Virus record (IMG/VR): IMGVR_UViG_3300036820_000002 | Coordinates: 66,269-130,268 of that record | Reading direction: 5' to 3' (one strand) | Origin: a virus | DNA: 64,000 nt | In this document: positions 7,735 to 18,221 of the stretch, one piece after another | Position numbering within the stretch: the stretch's first letter is position 1 | Layout: every line of letters begins with the position of its first letter | Program-made: the position numbers and the translations under genes | Notes under the pieces: generated by a model | What the model was told of the DNA's origin: nothing | Seen by the model: the letters and a program-made list of their open reading frames with translations, nothing else | Databases searched by the model: none

Positions 7735-10308
7735 TCAGGACTGGTACTTGTCGAGCTCGGCCCGTGCGGCTTCCCGCTCAAAGGGGTTCTCGCTCGTACG
7801 CCAGGTGTGGGTCAGCTGGCGCTGGATCATCTGCTGAGTACGCTCCGCGTTCTCGGCGATCTGGGTCACGGCCGCCGGCCGGGACTTGCGGACGGGGTTC
7901 AGGGCGAGGCCGCTGAAGGCGGCAGTCAGCGGGTCCGGCTGGTCGGCGATGGCCTCCAGCACCCTCTGCTGCTCATCCAGGCGGTTCTGCTGGGTCTTGA
8001 TGAGGTCAGCCATCGGGGCGAGCGCCTGCGTGATGGCGGACTTGATGAGGTCCGGGTCAGGGTTGGCTGCTTTGAGCGATTCTTGCAGCTCCTGGATCTG
8101 CCCGGGGGTGGTGCCGGGGGCGCTCTTCGTGACGTCGGGGGCGTTGTCCTTGCGGGACATCGAGTTGCCGACCCGCGCGCGCGCCTCATCCAGGGTGAGC
8201 TTGCCGCTCATCACCTTCTTGCCGAGCTTCTTGAGCATCTTCTTGCGGCTCTTGACCAGCTCCGTGTCCCCGGTCCCGGGATGCTCCGGCTCCTGGCCCT
8301 TGCCCTCGAAGGCGGGGACCGGCCGTGCCTGCCCCTGGGTGTGAGGGTCACGGGCCGTCATCGGGCAGGCCATCGGGAACTCGTGGGCCAGGTGGTCGTG
8401 GAGGGTGGCCAGCGCCTGGCGCGCCTTCTCCTTCTCGATGTAGGCGTAGGACAGGTTCACCGGCACGCCGGTCTCGGCGGGGTACTCCCAGTCGCCCTTC
8501 ATGTGGCTCGGGCTCGGCGACTGGTGCCCGGCACCCAGCGGCGGCCGGTCGAAGGAGTGTGCACTGGGCGCCGAGGAGGCCACCTGCGGGCTGGAATTCG
8601 GAGGGCCATAGCCCGGGGACAGGGCCGCCTGCCCGGCGGTGATCACCGGGCGGCAGAACGTCTGCGGGCTCATCGCGCCGGGGCTGGGATACGTTCCCGG
8701 GCCCGGGTTAGCGTCCCGGAATGCCTTGTGCAGCTCCAGCCGGTAATCGTTGAGCTCGGCCGGGTCGGCGGTCTTGAGGACCTGCACGGCCTTCCAGGCG
8801 CCGGTCAGCTCGTAAGCACGCTCCAGCGGGCCGCAGGCGGCATCCACGGCCTTGCGCATCCACAGGTCAGCGTCAATAGTGCTGGCGAAGCTGGCGTAGG
8901 GGTGGTACTTGAGGGTGTCCTGCGGATCATAGGCAGCGCAGGTAAGGTCGTGGAGGCGGCCCATGTCATGGTCGATGCCGATGGCCTTGAACCGCAGCAT
9001 CGCGGCATGCTCGGGATCAGCGCTCTTGGTGTCAGGGGTCTTGCGCCCGGCTGGCATCGGGGATTCCTGCAGCGCGTCCGGGTGCGGGATCGGGTCCATG
9101 TCAGCGGCCTCAGCAGCGCCGGATGCCGTCTTCGGGTCGACCGCGCACTTGTCGGTATGAGCGTGGTCAGCCTTGCAGCTGCTGTCCCCGGAGTCATCGC
9201 TGTCACCCTTGCCGTCATTCATCCACGGCGGCAGCTTCTTGCCCTTCTTCGGCTTCTTCGCCTTCGCCGGCTCCTTAGTGACCTCCGGGGTCGCCTCGGC
9301 CGTCAGGGCACTGTCGTCCTTGACGACGTCGGGGGTAACCTCATCGGTCACACACTGTCCTTTCTCCGACTCCTCGGAGTCATGGAGGGGGTTGGGAACA
9401 TCCAGTTCGCGGGCACGGCGCGCGATCAGGCGCTTGGCGCCGCTGACGTTGCCGTGACCGGACCGGGCCAGCACCGCCGCGTTGTGCAGGTCGTCGGCGT
9501 TCTCGATCGGGTAGCTGCCGTCGGGGAGGGCGCTGCCTTCCCCGGCCAGCCGGCGGCGGGTCGCGGTATCGATGTCGCGCTTGTACACGGCGTACTCGGC
9601 GTCGGTGATGGCCTTGGCGGCCAGCTCGTCGTAATGGCTCTCGACGACCTTGTGCTGCATGATCTTCATCAGGTCGTCGGGGGTGAAGGTGATGGACAGG
9701 TCGGGAGCCTTGGGGCGCTCCTGTACCGCGTTCTGCGATTTGGTCACGGCGTCACCGGAGAGGTACTTCGCGATGACATCCTCGTCGCCGAACACGTCGT
9801 TGAGCAGATGGACGGTACCGCCCTCGGACTTGACCAGGGCGATGCCGCAGGACTTGTTGGCGGGGCGGTCGACCAGGGAGATTTCCACGATCTGGCCCCC
9901 GGTGATGATGCCGCCGCGCGCCTTGCCGGTGACGTCGCGCTCGATGACGGGGCGGGCGATCCCGACGCTGTAGGCGGTCAGCACTCCCTTGGCGACCAGC
10001 TTCTGGGCTACCGGCTCCACCACCAGTGCCTTGACCCAGGTGGCGTTGCCGTCATGCTCGACGGCGATGCCCTTCCCGGCCGGGTCGCGCTGCGGGTTGT
10101 GCTGGACCCGGACGTTGGCGCCGGTCTCCTGCCAGGCCTTGATCGCAGCGAAGGCGAAAGCGGGCTGGACGATCTGCTCGTCGGCATCGACGCTGCCGTC
10201 GGTTGCCTTCCCGTAGACGACCAGGTCACCGTCAGCATTCGTCTCCGACTTCTCAATCGGGAAACTGGCGAAAACCAGTTCGTCAGTACCGGTCAGCGTT
10301 ACCGCCAC
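7735..10308 (-). CDS. prohead protease (HK97-like) fused to a scaffold-like region
   Basis: N-terminal VYGKATDGSVDADEQIV, VRVQH, AYSVG, IVEISLVDRPAN; internal LPDGSYPIENADDLHNA motif; coiled-coil C-terminus. Confidence 0.85.
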   Translation of the reverse strand: MAVTLTGTDELVFASFPIEKSETNADGDLVVYGKATDGSVDADEQIVQPAFAFAAIKAWQETGANVRVQHNPQRDPAGKGIAVEHDGNATWVKALVVEPVAQKLVAKGVLTAYSVGIARPVIERDVTGKARGGIITGGQIVEISLVDRPANKSCGIALVKSEGGTVHLLNDVFGDEDVIAKYLSGDAVTKSQNAVQERPKAPDLSITFTPDDLMKIMQHKVVESHYDELAAKAITDAEYAVYKRDIDTATRRRLAGEGSALPDGSYPIENADDLHNAAVLARSGHGNVSGAKRLIARRARELDVPNPLHDSEESEKGQCVTDEVTPDVVKDDSALTAEATPEVTKEPAKAKKPKKGKKLPPWMNDGKGDSDDSGDSSCKADHAHTDKCAVDPKTASGAAEAADMDPIPHPDALQESPMPAGRKTPDTKSADPEHAAMLRFKAIGIDHDMGRLHDLTCAAYDPQDTLKYHPYASFASTIDADLWMRKAVDAACGPLERAYELTGAWKAVQVLKTADPAELNDYRLELHKAFRDANPGPGTYPSPGAMSPQTFCRPVITAGQAALSPGYGPPNSSPQVASSAPSAHSFDRPPLGAGHQSPSPSHMKGDWEYPAETGVPVNLSYAYIEKEKARQALATLHDHLAHEFPMACPMTARDPHTQGQARPVPAFEGKGQEPEHPGTGDTELVKSRKKMLKKLGKKVMSGKLTLDEARARVGNSMSRKDNAPDVTKSAPGTTPGQIQELQESLKAANPDPDLIKSAITQALAPMADLIKTQQNRLDEQQRVLEAIADQPDPLTAAFSGLALNPVRKSRPAAVTQIAENAERTQQMIQRQLTHTWRTSENPFEREAARAELDKYQS

Positions 10309-10502
10309 ACAGCTCCTCGGTTATTTCTTCCTGAGCGTCCGGGCAACCCAGGCACCGTGGCGGCCGAACGGCACCACGTATCCTGCCTCGGTGTAGATCA
10401 CTCCGTGTTTCAGCTTCGGGTTGATGCCTGCGCGCCCGGCAGCGTTGAGCGCGCAGGCCAGGTCATGCAGCAGCAGGGCATTCCTGCGCTTCTTCTTCCT
10501 GC

Positions 10503-10823
10503 TCACGCCACCGAGGTGAGGACGGCGGTGCCGGTCCACGGGTTAGACCCGGTGACGGTGTCGCTGGCCAGCGTCCAGGTGCCGGACGGGGTGCGGGTGT
10601 CGGTGGCGGCGGCGGTCACCGGGAGCATCGCCCCGGCGGCGGCCACGGTCAGCGTCCCGCTCTGGCTGGCGCTGGTGCTGGCGTCGGTGACGGTGGCGGT
10701 GACGGTGCTCCCCACGTCGGAGGAGGCGGCGTCGGTGCTGGTGTAGATGACAGTCAGGGTGATGGTGTCACCCGGGTTATAGACCGCCTGGTCGAAGGTC
10801 ATGCTGGTGATGGCGAGGGACAT
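10503..10823 (-). CDS. small Ig-like Thr-rich hypothetical protein
   Basis: FDQAVYNPGDTITLTV; GGAGG RBS. Confidence 0.6.
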   Translation of the reverse strand: MSLAITSMTFDQAVYNPGDTITLTVIYTSTDAASSDVGSTVTATVTDASTSASQSGTLTVAAAGAMLPVTAAATDTRTPSGTWTLASDTVTGSNPWTGTAVLTSVA

Positions 10824-10934
10824 GCTTCCTCCTGATGCGGATCCGCGCCTTGTGGGACGCGTGAGATTCCTGGTCGCCGATATGGACAGTGACGGTTACG
10901 GCCCTGGTTTTCCCCCAGGGCAGCCAGCGGAGCA

Positions 10935-11252
10935 TCAGTGATGGGTCTCCTTGAGCGCGTCCCATTCCGCCAGGGCATTCCTGGCGGCCTGCCGGACCTC
11001 ACCGGTCACTGTCTCCTTCCCGCCGAAGGAGGTACCTGCCGCCCATTCCCGCATAGCGGCTATCGCGGTTGCTATTGCCCGGGACTCATCCATTCCCTGG
11101 GTGCGCATGAGCGCTCTCGCGGTATTCTGGATATAAGCGGGGAGCTGCTGGCGCTGCGGGATCTTCCTGCTGGGCGTGCGCCACAGCCCGTGGGTCCCGA
11201 GCGGGTGATGAACGGTACTGGCGGCCGGTGTCCGTGCTGACTTCTTCTTCAC
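10935..11252 (-). CDS. phage head-region hypothetical protein
   Basis: LPAYIQNTARALMR...DESRAIATAI..WAAG..AEWDALK helical motif between the portal and protease genes; start uncertain. Confidence 0.55.
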   Translation of the reverse strand: MKKKSARTPAASTVHHPLGTHGLWRTPSRKIPQRQQLPAYIQNTARALMRTQGMDESRAIATAIAAMREWAAGTSFGGKETVTGEVRQAARNALAEWDALKETHH

Positions 11253-11269
11253 TGCCCAGGCTTCCGCGT

Positions 11270-14200
11270 TTACTTGTTCTCTGGTGAATTCCCCTGGTGC
11301 AGCTGCGCGGAATGTGTTTCCAGCGCGGCCATCCGGTCCTGCGGGCGGATCGTGCCGATATAGGACAGCACATCCTGCTTCAGGTTGTGCCGGGCGATGG
11401 CGCGGTGGTGGCCGTCGACAAGGAATCCCTTGCTGCCGCCGGGTTCCTGGACCAGGATGCTCGGTGCGACATGGCCCTTGTGCGCGGTGATGGCCCGCTC
11501 GAATTCCTTTACCTTGCCCGGCTGGTGGGTGGCCGCCCATTTGCTGATGTCGTCGGTGTCGATGCTATCCCACGGCACTGAGACCGGTCCCTGCCAGGTA
11601 GCACGTTTCACCCAGGCGATCTTCTCCGGCGGGAAGTTCTGCGACATCGCCAGGTAAATGTGCTCCGCCTCGACGGGATTAGGGTCACGGAAGTCCGCTG
11701 CCCCTTTACGGGCTCCGGGAATGTCGTGGACGGTGTTTCCCTCAGGGGTGAGTTCCTCCACGGCCTCGCCGGGATCGAAGGCTTCCGGAGGGACGGCTCG
11801 CGGGTTATAGGGCTTCAGGGCCTGCGGTTCATAGACCCCGACGACCGGGTGGCCGGAATCGTTCTTCGGGATGCCTGCGGCATCGCCGCCGGGATCACTG
11901 CCGATACCCCCGTCTGGCCAGGTTCCTTCTGTCTCCTGGCCGGGGAAGCGGCTCGCCGGGCGGTTACGGGTCCGGCGGCGGGGAAATGCGTCATCCTCGC
12001 TGCCCCGGGGGTAGATGACGGCCCCGGCGGAATCGCTGTCCGGGTCGCTTCTGGGCGGTTCTCCCCCGGCGCTGCTTCCCGGTACTGCCCCGGGGCCGGC
12101 ATCGGGCCATTCAGCACCCTGCGCGTTATGCGGGTAGGGCCAGCGGGCACCGCCGCCCTGCGCGGAGACGTCCTGGCCGTCCAGGACGATGCGCTCGCCG
12201 TTCTCGGTGACCATGTTCTGCAGGAACTTCAGCGAGTCATCCTTCAGGGTGTCGCTGAGATGGATCTCATCCTCCCAGTCACCCCGGAAGCCGCTGGTGA
12301 GATCCAGGCCGCTGACCTGGCTGCGGCGGAACCAGGCTGCCCCGGCGCTTTCCTGCGGGGTGGACCCGTTCATCCTCGGGGTGAAGATCTCCGGAGCCTC
12401 GCAGAGCCACAGGTAGGAGGTTTTCCCGTCAGGGTCGGTGTGGGTGAAGTCGCGGATCACCCGCAGCTGCGGGATGTCCCCGATCTCCTCGGTGGTTTCC
12501 CGGACCGCCGCGTCCCAGCCGTCCTCGCCGGGGTGGGCGCTGCCGCCGGGCATGCCCCAGTCGCCGTCATCACGCTGCTGCAGCAGGTAACGCCATTTCC
12601 CGTGATCATCACGGGCCCGGATGAGCAGCCAGGCGACCCGCGCAGGGTCACCGGACTTATGCGCCAGCGGCGGGAGGGCTTCTACCCCTGCGGGCGCGGG
12701 AACGCAGCGGCAGCCGGGATGGCACAGCCCCAGCATCCCGCCGGCGGAGAAGGGAGCATCCAGCGGGATGTCGCCGTCATCGGCGGCGTTCAGGCAGGTA
12801 TCGCAGGCATCCCCGGTCAGCAGGTGCTTGTAGGTGACCCCGGCGTCCTTGTAGGCGGCGAGCGCACCAGTATTCATGGCACGTGCCACCTCGGTATGGG
12901 CGATCATCTGGCTGCGGGCGGCGGAGTTGCCCAGACCGGTCCGGGAGACCTGGCTGAGCCAGTGCTGTCCCTCGGTATCCAGGAAGCCCTGTACCGCGTG
13001 CGGGTCAGGCTCGCCGTGATGGCCGGCCAGGATAGTGCCGGATTCATAGCCCAGCTGCCAGGCGCTTTCCCACATCGGGGTCATCGCATCGAGGAAGATG
13101 CCCTTCGTCTGGTCGGCGATGATGTCCAGCAGCGTGCTCCGGGTGGTCATCAGCACCCCGGCAGCGGCATCCTTGCGAATCCCGGAGCTCTTGATCTCCG
13201 CGTCCTGGAACGCCTGCGCGATCACGGCGGTGTACTTATGGACCAGGGTGAGATCATGCTGCCAGCCGGGGAACCAGGACTCGCCGTGGTGGCGGATATG
13301 CGAGGCCTTCTCTTCGCCGAGGAGCTGCCCGGCTCGCTCGACCGCGACGTCCAGCAGGACGCCCTTGGCGATGTCCTCGGCGATCATGGCCAGGGTGCCG
13401 TTGCCGATGTGCTCAGGCTTCCAGGAGGAGATCAGCCGGCCCTTGCGCAGGTGGCGGCGCAGCGCGTCCAGCTCTGAGGCCGCCGCCTTCTTCCGCGACC
13501 CCGCCACGGAGCTGCGGCTGGTGGTGCCGCCGGTCCTCGGGGTCGGGGACTGGACGGCGCCCTGGGCTGCCGCATGCCCGGGGGTGATGCCGCCTTCGCG
13601 GTGCGGGGCCAGCGGTGCCGGGTGACTGCCGTTGGGCTTGGTCTGCCCCGCCTGCCGGACGCTGGGCTGGCTGGTCCGGCTCCTGGTGGAGGAGGTGCGT
13701 TGCCCGGAGTTGGTGCCCTGCCCGGCCTGGGCCGCCGCGATGAGCTGCGGGGCCATGCTGAACGGGATCGGGCCTTGCGCGGTGAACACGACCGGCTCGC
13801 TGGTCTCCTGCAGGTTCCACGGCGGCAGGTCCAGCCGGTCGCGGACCTCATCGATGGAGGCGATGCCGTTCTGCACCTGCTGGACGCCCAGCTCAGTGAT
13901 GGCCTGCTTGTCCTCGTCGTCGACGAGCCCCTCGAACTGGAACTGCATGTCCGGCATCTGGCAGATGTCCTGCAGGATGTGGTTGAAGATGTCGCAGAGG
14001 AACAGCAGCAGGGGCATCGTCGACTTGCGGGACTTGATGTCACGGGACTGCTGCCCGGCGAACCGGACCCCGGACGCGCTCGGGCCGGTAGAGGTGCCGC
14101 CGATGTCGGGGATGATGCCCAGCTCCTGCGGCTGCACGTCGAAGGCCATGCAGACCTGGTTCATGACCAGGTAGTCGAAGGAGTCGGAGAGGTCCACCGG

Positions 14201-15364
14201 CCGCTGCGGCTCCACTTTCGAGCCCGGCGGCAGCACGACCACTTTCAGGTGGTAGGCGGGGTCGCCGGCAAGGGCGTTGAGGGCATTCTGCAGCTCCCCG
14301 ATCTGGGTCGGGGTGATGTTCGGGTCGCCGGGAGAGATGTAGACCGCCGGGACAGTCCCCTCGGTGAAGTAGTCGAGCTGGAATTCCTGTTTCTGCAGCC
14401 CGGAGATGATCGGCAGCAGCGCCCGTTCCACCGGCGGGAAGCCGTAGGGGGATTCCCGTTGCGGCCAGTACGGGGCATACAGCATGATGTCGGTGCTGAA
14501 CTTGTTGACCTCGGCCCCGGCCAGCCCGGCGTCATCGATGTCGGCACCGGTCGCGATCGTCATGTAGTCGCTGCGCGGCACCCCGTAGAGGAACTGCTGG
14601 TAGGCAGGCGCCGGGGGGGGCGGGTGCTCGCCGTGGATCCCGATCAGCGGCCGGATGGTGGGGCCGGAGACCAGCCGCAGGCTGTCCAGGTCGCTGCCGA
14701 GGAGGCCGCGCCCGCCCATCCCAAAGGAGGCGCCGTATTTCGGGCGGAAGATGACGGTCAGCGCGTCATACACGAAGATCTCTTCGAGAAGCGCGTTCAG
14801 GAAGCTCTGGAAGGTCCAGAAATCCGGGTCCGGGTGGCGGAAGAACCGCACCGCCTTGGCTTTGCGCTCGCCGAAGTCGCGCATCGCCTTCGCGTCACCC
14901 TGGTAGGCCTTGGCGGCGTCAGTGGTCAAGGTGATGTCCCAGCGCAGCCCCCGGATCTCCTGCTGGCGCAGGTCGATGGATGCCCTGGCGACAGAGTACT
15001 TCTGGGCCAGCGTGCGGAGCTGGTCGAAGGAGGCGAGCTTGAGGCCCTCGGTGCCGGGAGGGGTGGGCAGGTTCCAGCCGGTGCGGTACTGCCACAGCCG
15101 TGGGTCCGGGTAGAGGCCGCCGGACGGCGGCTCGTCGACGGGGACCGGCTGAATCGGGGACATCGGGGCGAATGCGCCGTCGGTGAAGACGCGGCTCGGG
15201 CGGGGCAGGAAGGGCCCGTAGGTGTTTGCATAGGGGTCCTGGAACCAGGCATTCGCCTGTACCGGGCTGATCTGGCCCATGCCGCCGGACTGGGGGGCGG
15301 GTGTGTAGCGGGCCCCGCCCGGGATTGCCTTCATCGCGGCGACCAGCGCACCGGGACGCGCCAT
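11270..15364 (-). CDS. portal protein fused to MuF-like minor head, Nudix hydrolase and ParB/Srx-like domains
   Basis: portal motifs (YGFPPVE, YFTEGTVP, GIASIDEVR); MuF (IAHTEVARAMNTG...CDTC...HPGCRC); Nudix box GGSAHPGEDGWDAAVRETTEEIG; ParB-like LVDGHHR. Confidence 0.85.
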   Translation of the reverse strand: MARPGALVAAMKAIPGGARYTPAPQSGGMGQISPVQANAWFQDPYANTYGPFLPRPSRVFTDGAFAPMSPIQPVPVDEPPSGGLYPDPRLWQYRTGWNLPTPPGTEGLKLASFDQLRTLAQKYSVARASIDLRQQEIRGLRWDITLTTDAAKAYQGDAKAMRDFGERKAKAVRFFRHPDPDFWTFQSFLNALLEEIFVYDALTVIFRPKYGASFGMGGRGLLGSDLDSLRLVSGPTIRPLIGIHGEHPPPPAPAYQQFLYGVPRSDYMTIATGADIDDAGLAGAEVNKFSTDIMLYAPYWPQRESPYGFPPVERALLPIISGLQKQEFQLDYFTEGTVPAVYISPGDPNITPTQIGELQNALNALAGDPAYHLKVVVLPPGSKVEPQRPVDLSDSFDYLVMNQVCMAFDVQPQELGIIPDIGGTSTGPSASGVRFAGQQSRDIKSRKSTMPLLLFLCDIFNHILQDICQMPDMQFQFEGLVDDEDKQAITELGVQQVQNGIASIDEVRDRLDLPPWNLQETSEPVVFTAQGPIPFSMAPQLIAAAQAGQGTNSGQRTSSTRSRTSQPSVRQAGQTKPNGSHPAPLAPHREGGITPGHAAAQGAVQSPTPRTGGTTSRSSVAGSRKKAAASELDALRRHLRKGRLISSWKPEHIGNGTLAMIAEDIAKGVLLDVAVERAGQLLGEEKASHIRHHGESWFPGWQHDLTLVHKYTAVIAQAFQDAEIKSSGIRKDAAAGVLMTTRSTLLDIIADQTKGIFLDAMTPMWESAWQLGYESGTILAGHHGEPDPHAVQGFLDTEGQHWLSQVSRTGLGNSAARSQMIAHTEVARAMNTGALAAYKDAGVTYKHLLTGDACDTCLNAADDGDIPLDAPFSAGGMLGLCHPGCRCVPAPAGVEALPPLAHKSGDPARVAWLLIRARDDHGKWRYLLQQRDDGDWGMPGGSAHPGEDGWDAAVRETTEEIGDIPQLRVIRDFTHTDPDGKTSYLWLCEAPEIFTPRMNGSTPQESAGAAWFRRSQVSGLDLTSGFRGDWEDEIHLSDTLKDDSLKFLQNMVTENGERIVLDGQDVSAQGGGARWPYPHNAQGAEWPDAGPGAVPGSSAGGEPPRSDPDSDSAGAVIYPRGSEDDAFPRRRTRNRPASRFPGQETEGTWPDGGIGSDPGGDAAGIPKNDSGHPVVGVYEPQALKPYNPRAVPPEAFDPGEAVEELTPEGNTVHDIPGARKGAADFRDPNPVEAEHIYLAMSQNFPPEKIAWVKRATWQGPVSVPWDSIDTDDISKWAATHQPGKVKEFERAITAHKGHVAPSILVQEPGGSKGFLVDGHHRAIARHNLKQDVLSYIGTIRPQDRMAALETHSAQLHQGNSPENK

Positions 15365-15374
15365 CCGTGCCTTT

Positions 15375-17339
15375 CTAGGAAATGGCCAGCTGGCCGGCAA
15401 TGAGAACCGGGATCTCCGGGTCGTCGGTAATTTTCAGGTAGATGATGTAGGTGCCGATTCCCGGGTTCGCGGTTCCTGAAGGGCCGATCAGTGCCTGCGC
15501 CGAGTAGGGATACAGGACGTTGGAGGGCACCGAGATCCAGCTGCCGTTCACCCAGTCACCGGATTGCGGAACCTGGGTCGCAGTGGGCATGAAGGCGAAC
15601 TGGACGGCATCCCCGGTCGGGTTATAGGCACTGCCGTTTTTCGCGGCCGTGACGGGAACGGAGATGTACTGGGTGGACAGCTGGGAGATGCCCAGCATCG
15701 AGTAACTGCCCACGACCCACTCCGCCTGCCCGGTTCCGGTGTCCCACAGGCTGCCGGGCGAGCCGGTGAGGAAGATGACGATTCCCGATGACGGGATCTG
15801 CCCGGTCGCATGGAATTGCGGGATGATACCCAGCAGTGCTGACCGGTAGTTCCCGTGCCTGCGCAGGGCCGTAAATCCTGGGTGGATGACCAGGGCCCCG
15901 GACCGCGCGTTGCCGTGAGAGCGGTATGCGGTGAATGCCGGGATGAGATCCAGGGATGCGGTGCGGTACTGCCCGTGGGCTCGCTGGGTGGTCAGTCCGG
16001 GAGTTACCGCGAGGGAGGCGGTCCGGTACTTCCCGTGGATCCTGGCAGCGGTAAACGCGGGGGTCACGGTCGTGGACGCGGTCCGGTACTTTCCTCGCGT
16101 CCGCACTGCGGTGAACGACGGGGTGACCGCGAGGGTGCTGGCCCGGTATTTTCCCCGGGTCCTGCTCGCGGTGAAGGACGGGGTGAGAGCCAGCGAGGCG
16201 GTCGCGGTATGCGCGATGCCCCCGGCCGGGGTGACTTCGACATCGACCCAGTAGTTCTCGCTGCCGGTAGTGAGCCCGGGGTACACCCAGGTGGTCTGGT
16301 AGGACCCCTGCCCGGGGCTGCCGCCGGCGTTATCGGGAGCGGAGATGATGCCGTTGGTGATCCCGGCGCTGCCGGGCCCGGTCGACCAGTAGGCGCCGGT
16401 TACCGACATCCACTCCGACCCGGAGGCGTGGTACGTCGAGACCTTGTAGTTCACCGACGCGGAGAGGCTGACTCCCGCTGAGGAGTAGTTGCAGTAGACC
16501 CAGCCTCCGCCGGCGGAGGCTGCCCCGCCGGCGGGGAGCAGCCAGCTCGGGGAGCTGTTGTCAGTCCCGGCGACCTCGGTGGTCGCTGAGACGTTCCACA
16601 GAGCGCACCGGGTAGGCAGGGATGCTGCCCCTGAGGGGGAGTAGTGCCAGATCTTATCCAGTGAGGAGGCCTGCGTGAGGCTGAACTCCGAGGCCAGGAT
16701 GTAGCCGGTGACGTCGGAGCTGACCCCGGTGAGGTTATCCGGTAGCGAGGGCCAGAGCCGGTAGGTGGCACCGGACGGCGCGGTGGTGGTGATCTGGATG
16801 TCCAGCCAGCAGTTCCAGCCGGCGTCCGCGTCGGCGGCGAAGACGGACGTCGGGTCGGTGCTGGAGGGCTGGTAGACGCACTGGCTGTTGCCGTAAGGAT
16901 CGGGATTGCTGCCGGTGCTGTCAGAGAAGGCGGTCAGCGGGCCGCTGACGATTCCTGCCGCGTAGGCGCCGCCGCTGGCGAATTCGGAATCTGTCAGCGG
17001 GAAAGGACCGGAGAATGCCGTCTGCGCCTGGTAGGTGGCGCCGGCGCTGAGCGGGACCGGCGTGGTGTAGGCAACGTAATTCCAGCCCGCGCTGAGCGTT
17101 CCTGACGTGACCTCGGTCCCGGGGACCAGGATCCCGGCGGCACTGCCGTAGACCTGCCAGAGGCAGAATGGCTGCGCGGAGGTGCTCTGCCCGCCGGTAC
17201 TGCAGACCCACCACCAGAAGCCGGCCAGGTAAAGGCCGCCGGAGGTGACCGTGAACTTGATGCCTGGCCCGAATGGCCCGGTAAAGTTCGTGGCAGCAGC
17301 CGGGCCGTTTGTCGAGGGCCACAGCCGGTAGGTGGTCAT
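15375..17339 (-). CDS. virion protein with two DUF4082-like domains and 20-aa repeats
   Basis: duplicated YRLWPS...(W)xD(I/V)x(I/V)T domains; about 7 repeats of TASLxVTPxFTAxRxxGxYR. Confidence 0.65.
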   Translation of the reverse strand: MTTYRLWPSTNGPAAATNFTGPFGPGIKFTVTSGGLYLAGFWWWVCSTGGQSTSAQPFCLWQVYGSAAGILVPGTEVTSGTLSAGWNYVAYTTPVPLSAGATYQAQTAFSGPFPLTDSEFASGGAYAAGIVSGPLTAFSDSTGSNPDPYGNSQCVYQPSSTDPTSVFAADADAGWNCWLDIQITTTAPSGATYRLWPSLPDNLTGVSSDVTGYILASEFSLTQASSLDKIWHYSPSGAASLPTRCALWNVSATTEVAGTDNSSPSWLLPAGGAASAGGGWVYCNYSSAGVSLSASVNYKVSTYHASGSEWMSVTGAYWSTGPGSAGITNGIISAPDNAGGSPGQGSYQTTWVYPGLTTGSENYWVDVEVTPAGGIAHTATASLALTPSFTASRTRGKYRASTLAVTPSFTAVRTRGKYRTASTTVTPAFTAARIHGKYRTASLAVTPGLTTQRAHGQYRTASLDLIPAFTAYRSHGNARSGALVIHPGFTALRRHGNYRSALLGIIPQFHATGQIPSSGIVIFLTGSPGSLWDTGTGQAEWVVGSYSMLGISQLSTQYISVPVTAAKNGSAYNPTGDAVQFAFMPTATQVPQSGDWVNGSWISVPSNVLYPYSAQALIGPSGTANPGIGTYIIYLKITDDPEIPVLIAGQLAIS

Positions 17340-17387
17340 CAGACTCCCCCGGCGTTATTTTTGCTTTTCTTTTTACTCTTTTTTTTT

Positions 17388-17759
17388 TTACGAGGCTGTC
17401 GGCAGGGTAATAGTAATGCTGGTCAGGGTCAGGCTGTCGCCGGTATCCATGGTGACGCTGGAGCTCAGCGTCATGCTCAGCCCGAATGCCCCTGATGAGC
17501 TCAGCGACCAGAAGGAGATGTCGGTATCCATCTCGGCGTTAGTCCCGGCCCAGGATGTCCATTCCGGCTGATTGCTCGCGGCAATACTGCCGGCGGACGC
17601 CGACCCCCATGTCACCGCCTCGCGGGTCGTCACCGAGGAGACGTTGGCAGTCCCTGCGCTGCCCGGGGCGCCGGTATGCAGCTGGACATAGGCGGCATCG
17701 GTGCCGGTGATGGTACCCAGTGCCGCGTCGGCGACTGCTACGGAAAGCCCGTCAGCCAT
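17388..17759 (-). CDS. putative tail-fibre/virion-associated protein
   Basis: YVQLHTGAPGSAGTAN...R..VTW motif common in small phage structural proteins. Confidence 0.65.
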   Translation of the reverse strand: MADGLSVAVADAALGTITGTDAAYVQLHTGAPGSAGTANVSSVTTREAVTWGSASAGSIAASNQPEWTSWAGTNAEMDTDISFWSLSSSGAFGLSMTLSSSVTMDTGDSLTLTSITITLPTAS

Positions 17760-17937
17760 GGAAGATCACCTGCTCCGGGACGGCGGAGAGAATACGCTCG
17801 CAGGCATTCCCGCACTGGCGGCAGAAATAGGTTCCCGCATTATTTCCGGGAGCCAGCTTTGCGGCACAGCAGGCCGATGATGCGCGTCTGACCTCCCCGT
17901 TCGCGGTCATGACGGGAGTAATTGAAAGGGCAGCCAC
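17752..17937 (-). CDS. small Cys-rich hypothetical protein
   Basis: SACC and CRQCG..C; GTG after GGAGG. Confidence 0.5.
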   Translation of the reverse strand: MAALSITPVMTANGEVRRASSACCAAKLAPGNNAGTYFCRQCGNACERILSAVPEQVIFHG

Positions 17938-17988
17938 ACACCTCCAGCAGGCCGGGGAAAGCGCGCGGGCATGATCATTCCCCAGCCA

Positions 17989-18017
17989 CTTATATCACAG
18001 GTAAATGCAGGATGCAA
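17989..18017 (-). promoter_or_regulatory. putative sigma70-type promoter for the head genes
   Basis: TTGCAT-N17-TATAAG on the minus strand. Confidence 0.45.
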
Positions 18018-18221
18018 TAATTGAAGGATCATTCCCCGGGAACATCGGGCTGCGGAGGATTCTGCGGCGCCTGCTGGACGGCATTCAAGATAAGCGCTAC
18101 GGTGACCCGGCAGGTGATCTCCAGGGCATAGGCTTCCGCCATCCCGGCATTCACCTGCCCGGCGAACAGGGCGTTGACGGCACGTCCCAGCCTGGCGAAG
18201 TCAACGGGCACGAACGGGTCT

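Noticed and set aside
7807-15403. Long plus-strand ORFs (979, 605 and 609 aa)
   Set aside because: They are antisense shadows of GC-rich minus-strand structural genes and carry no recognisable motifs.
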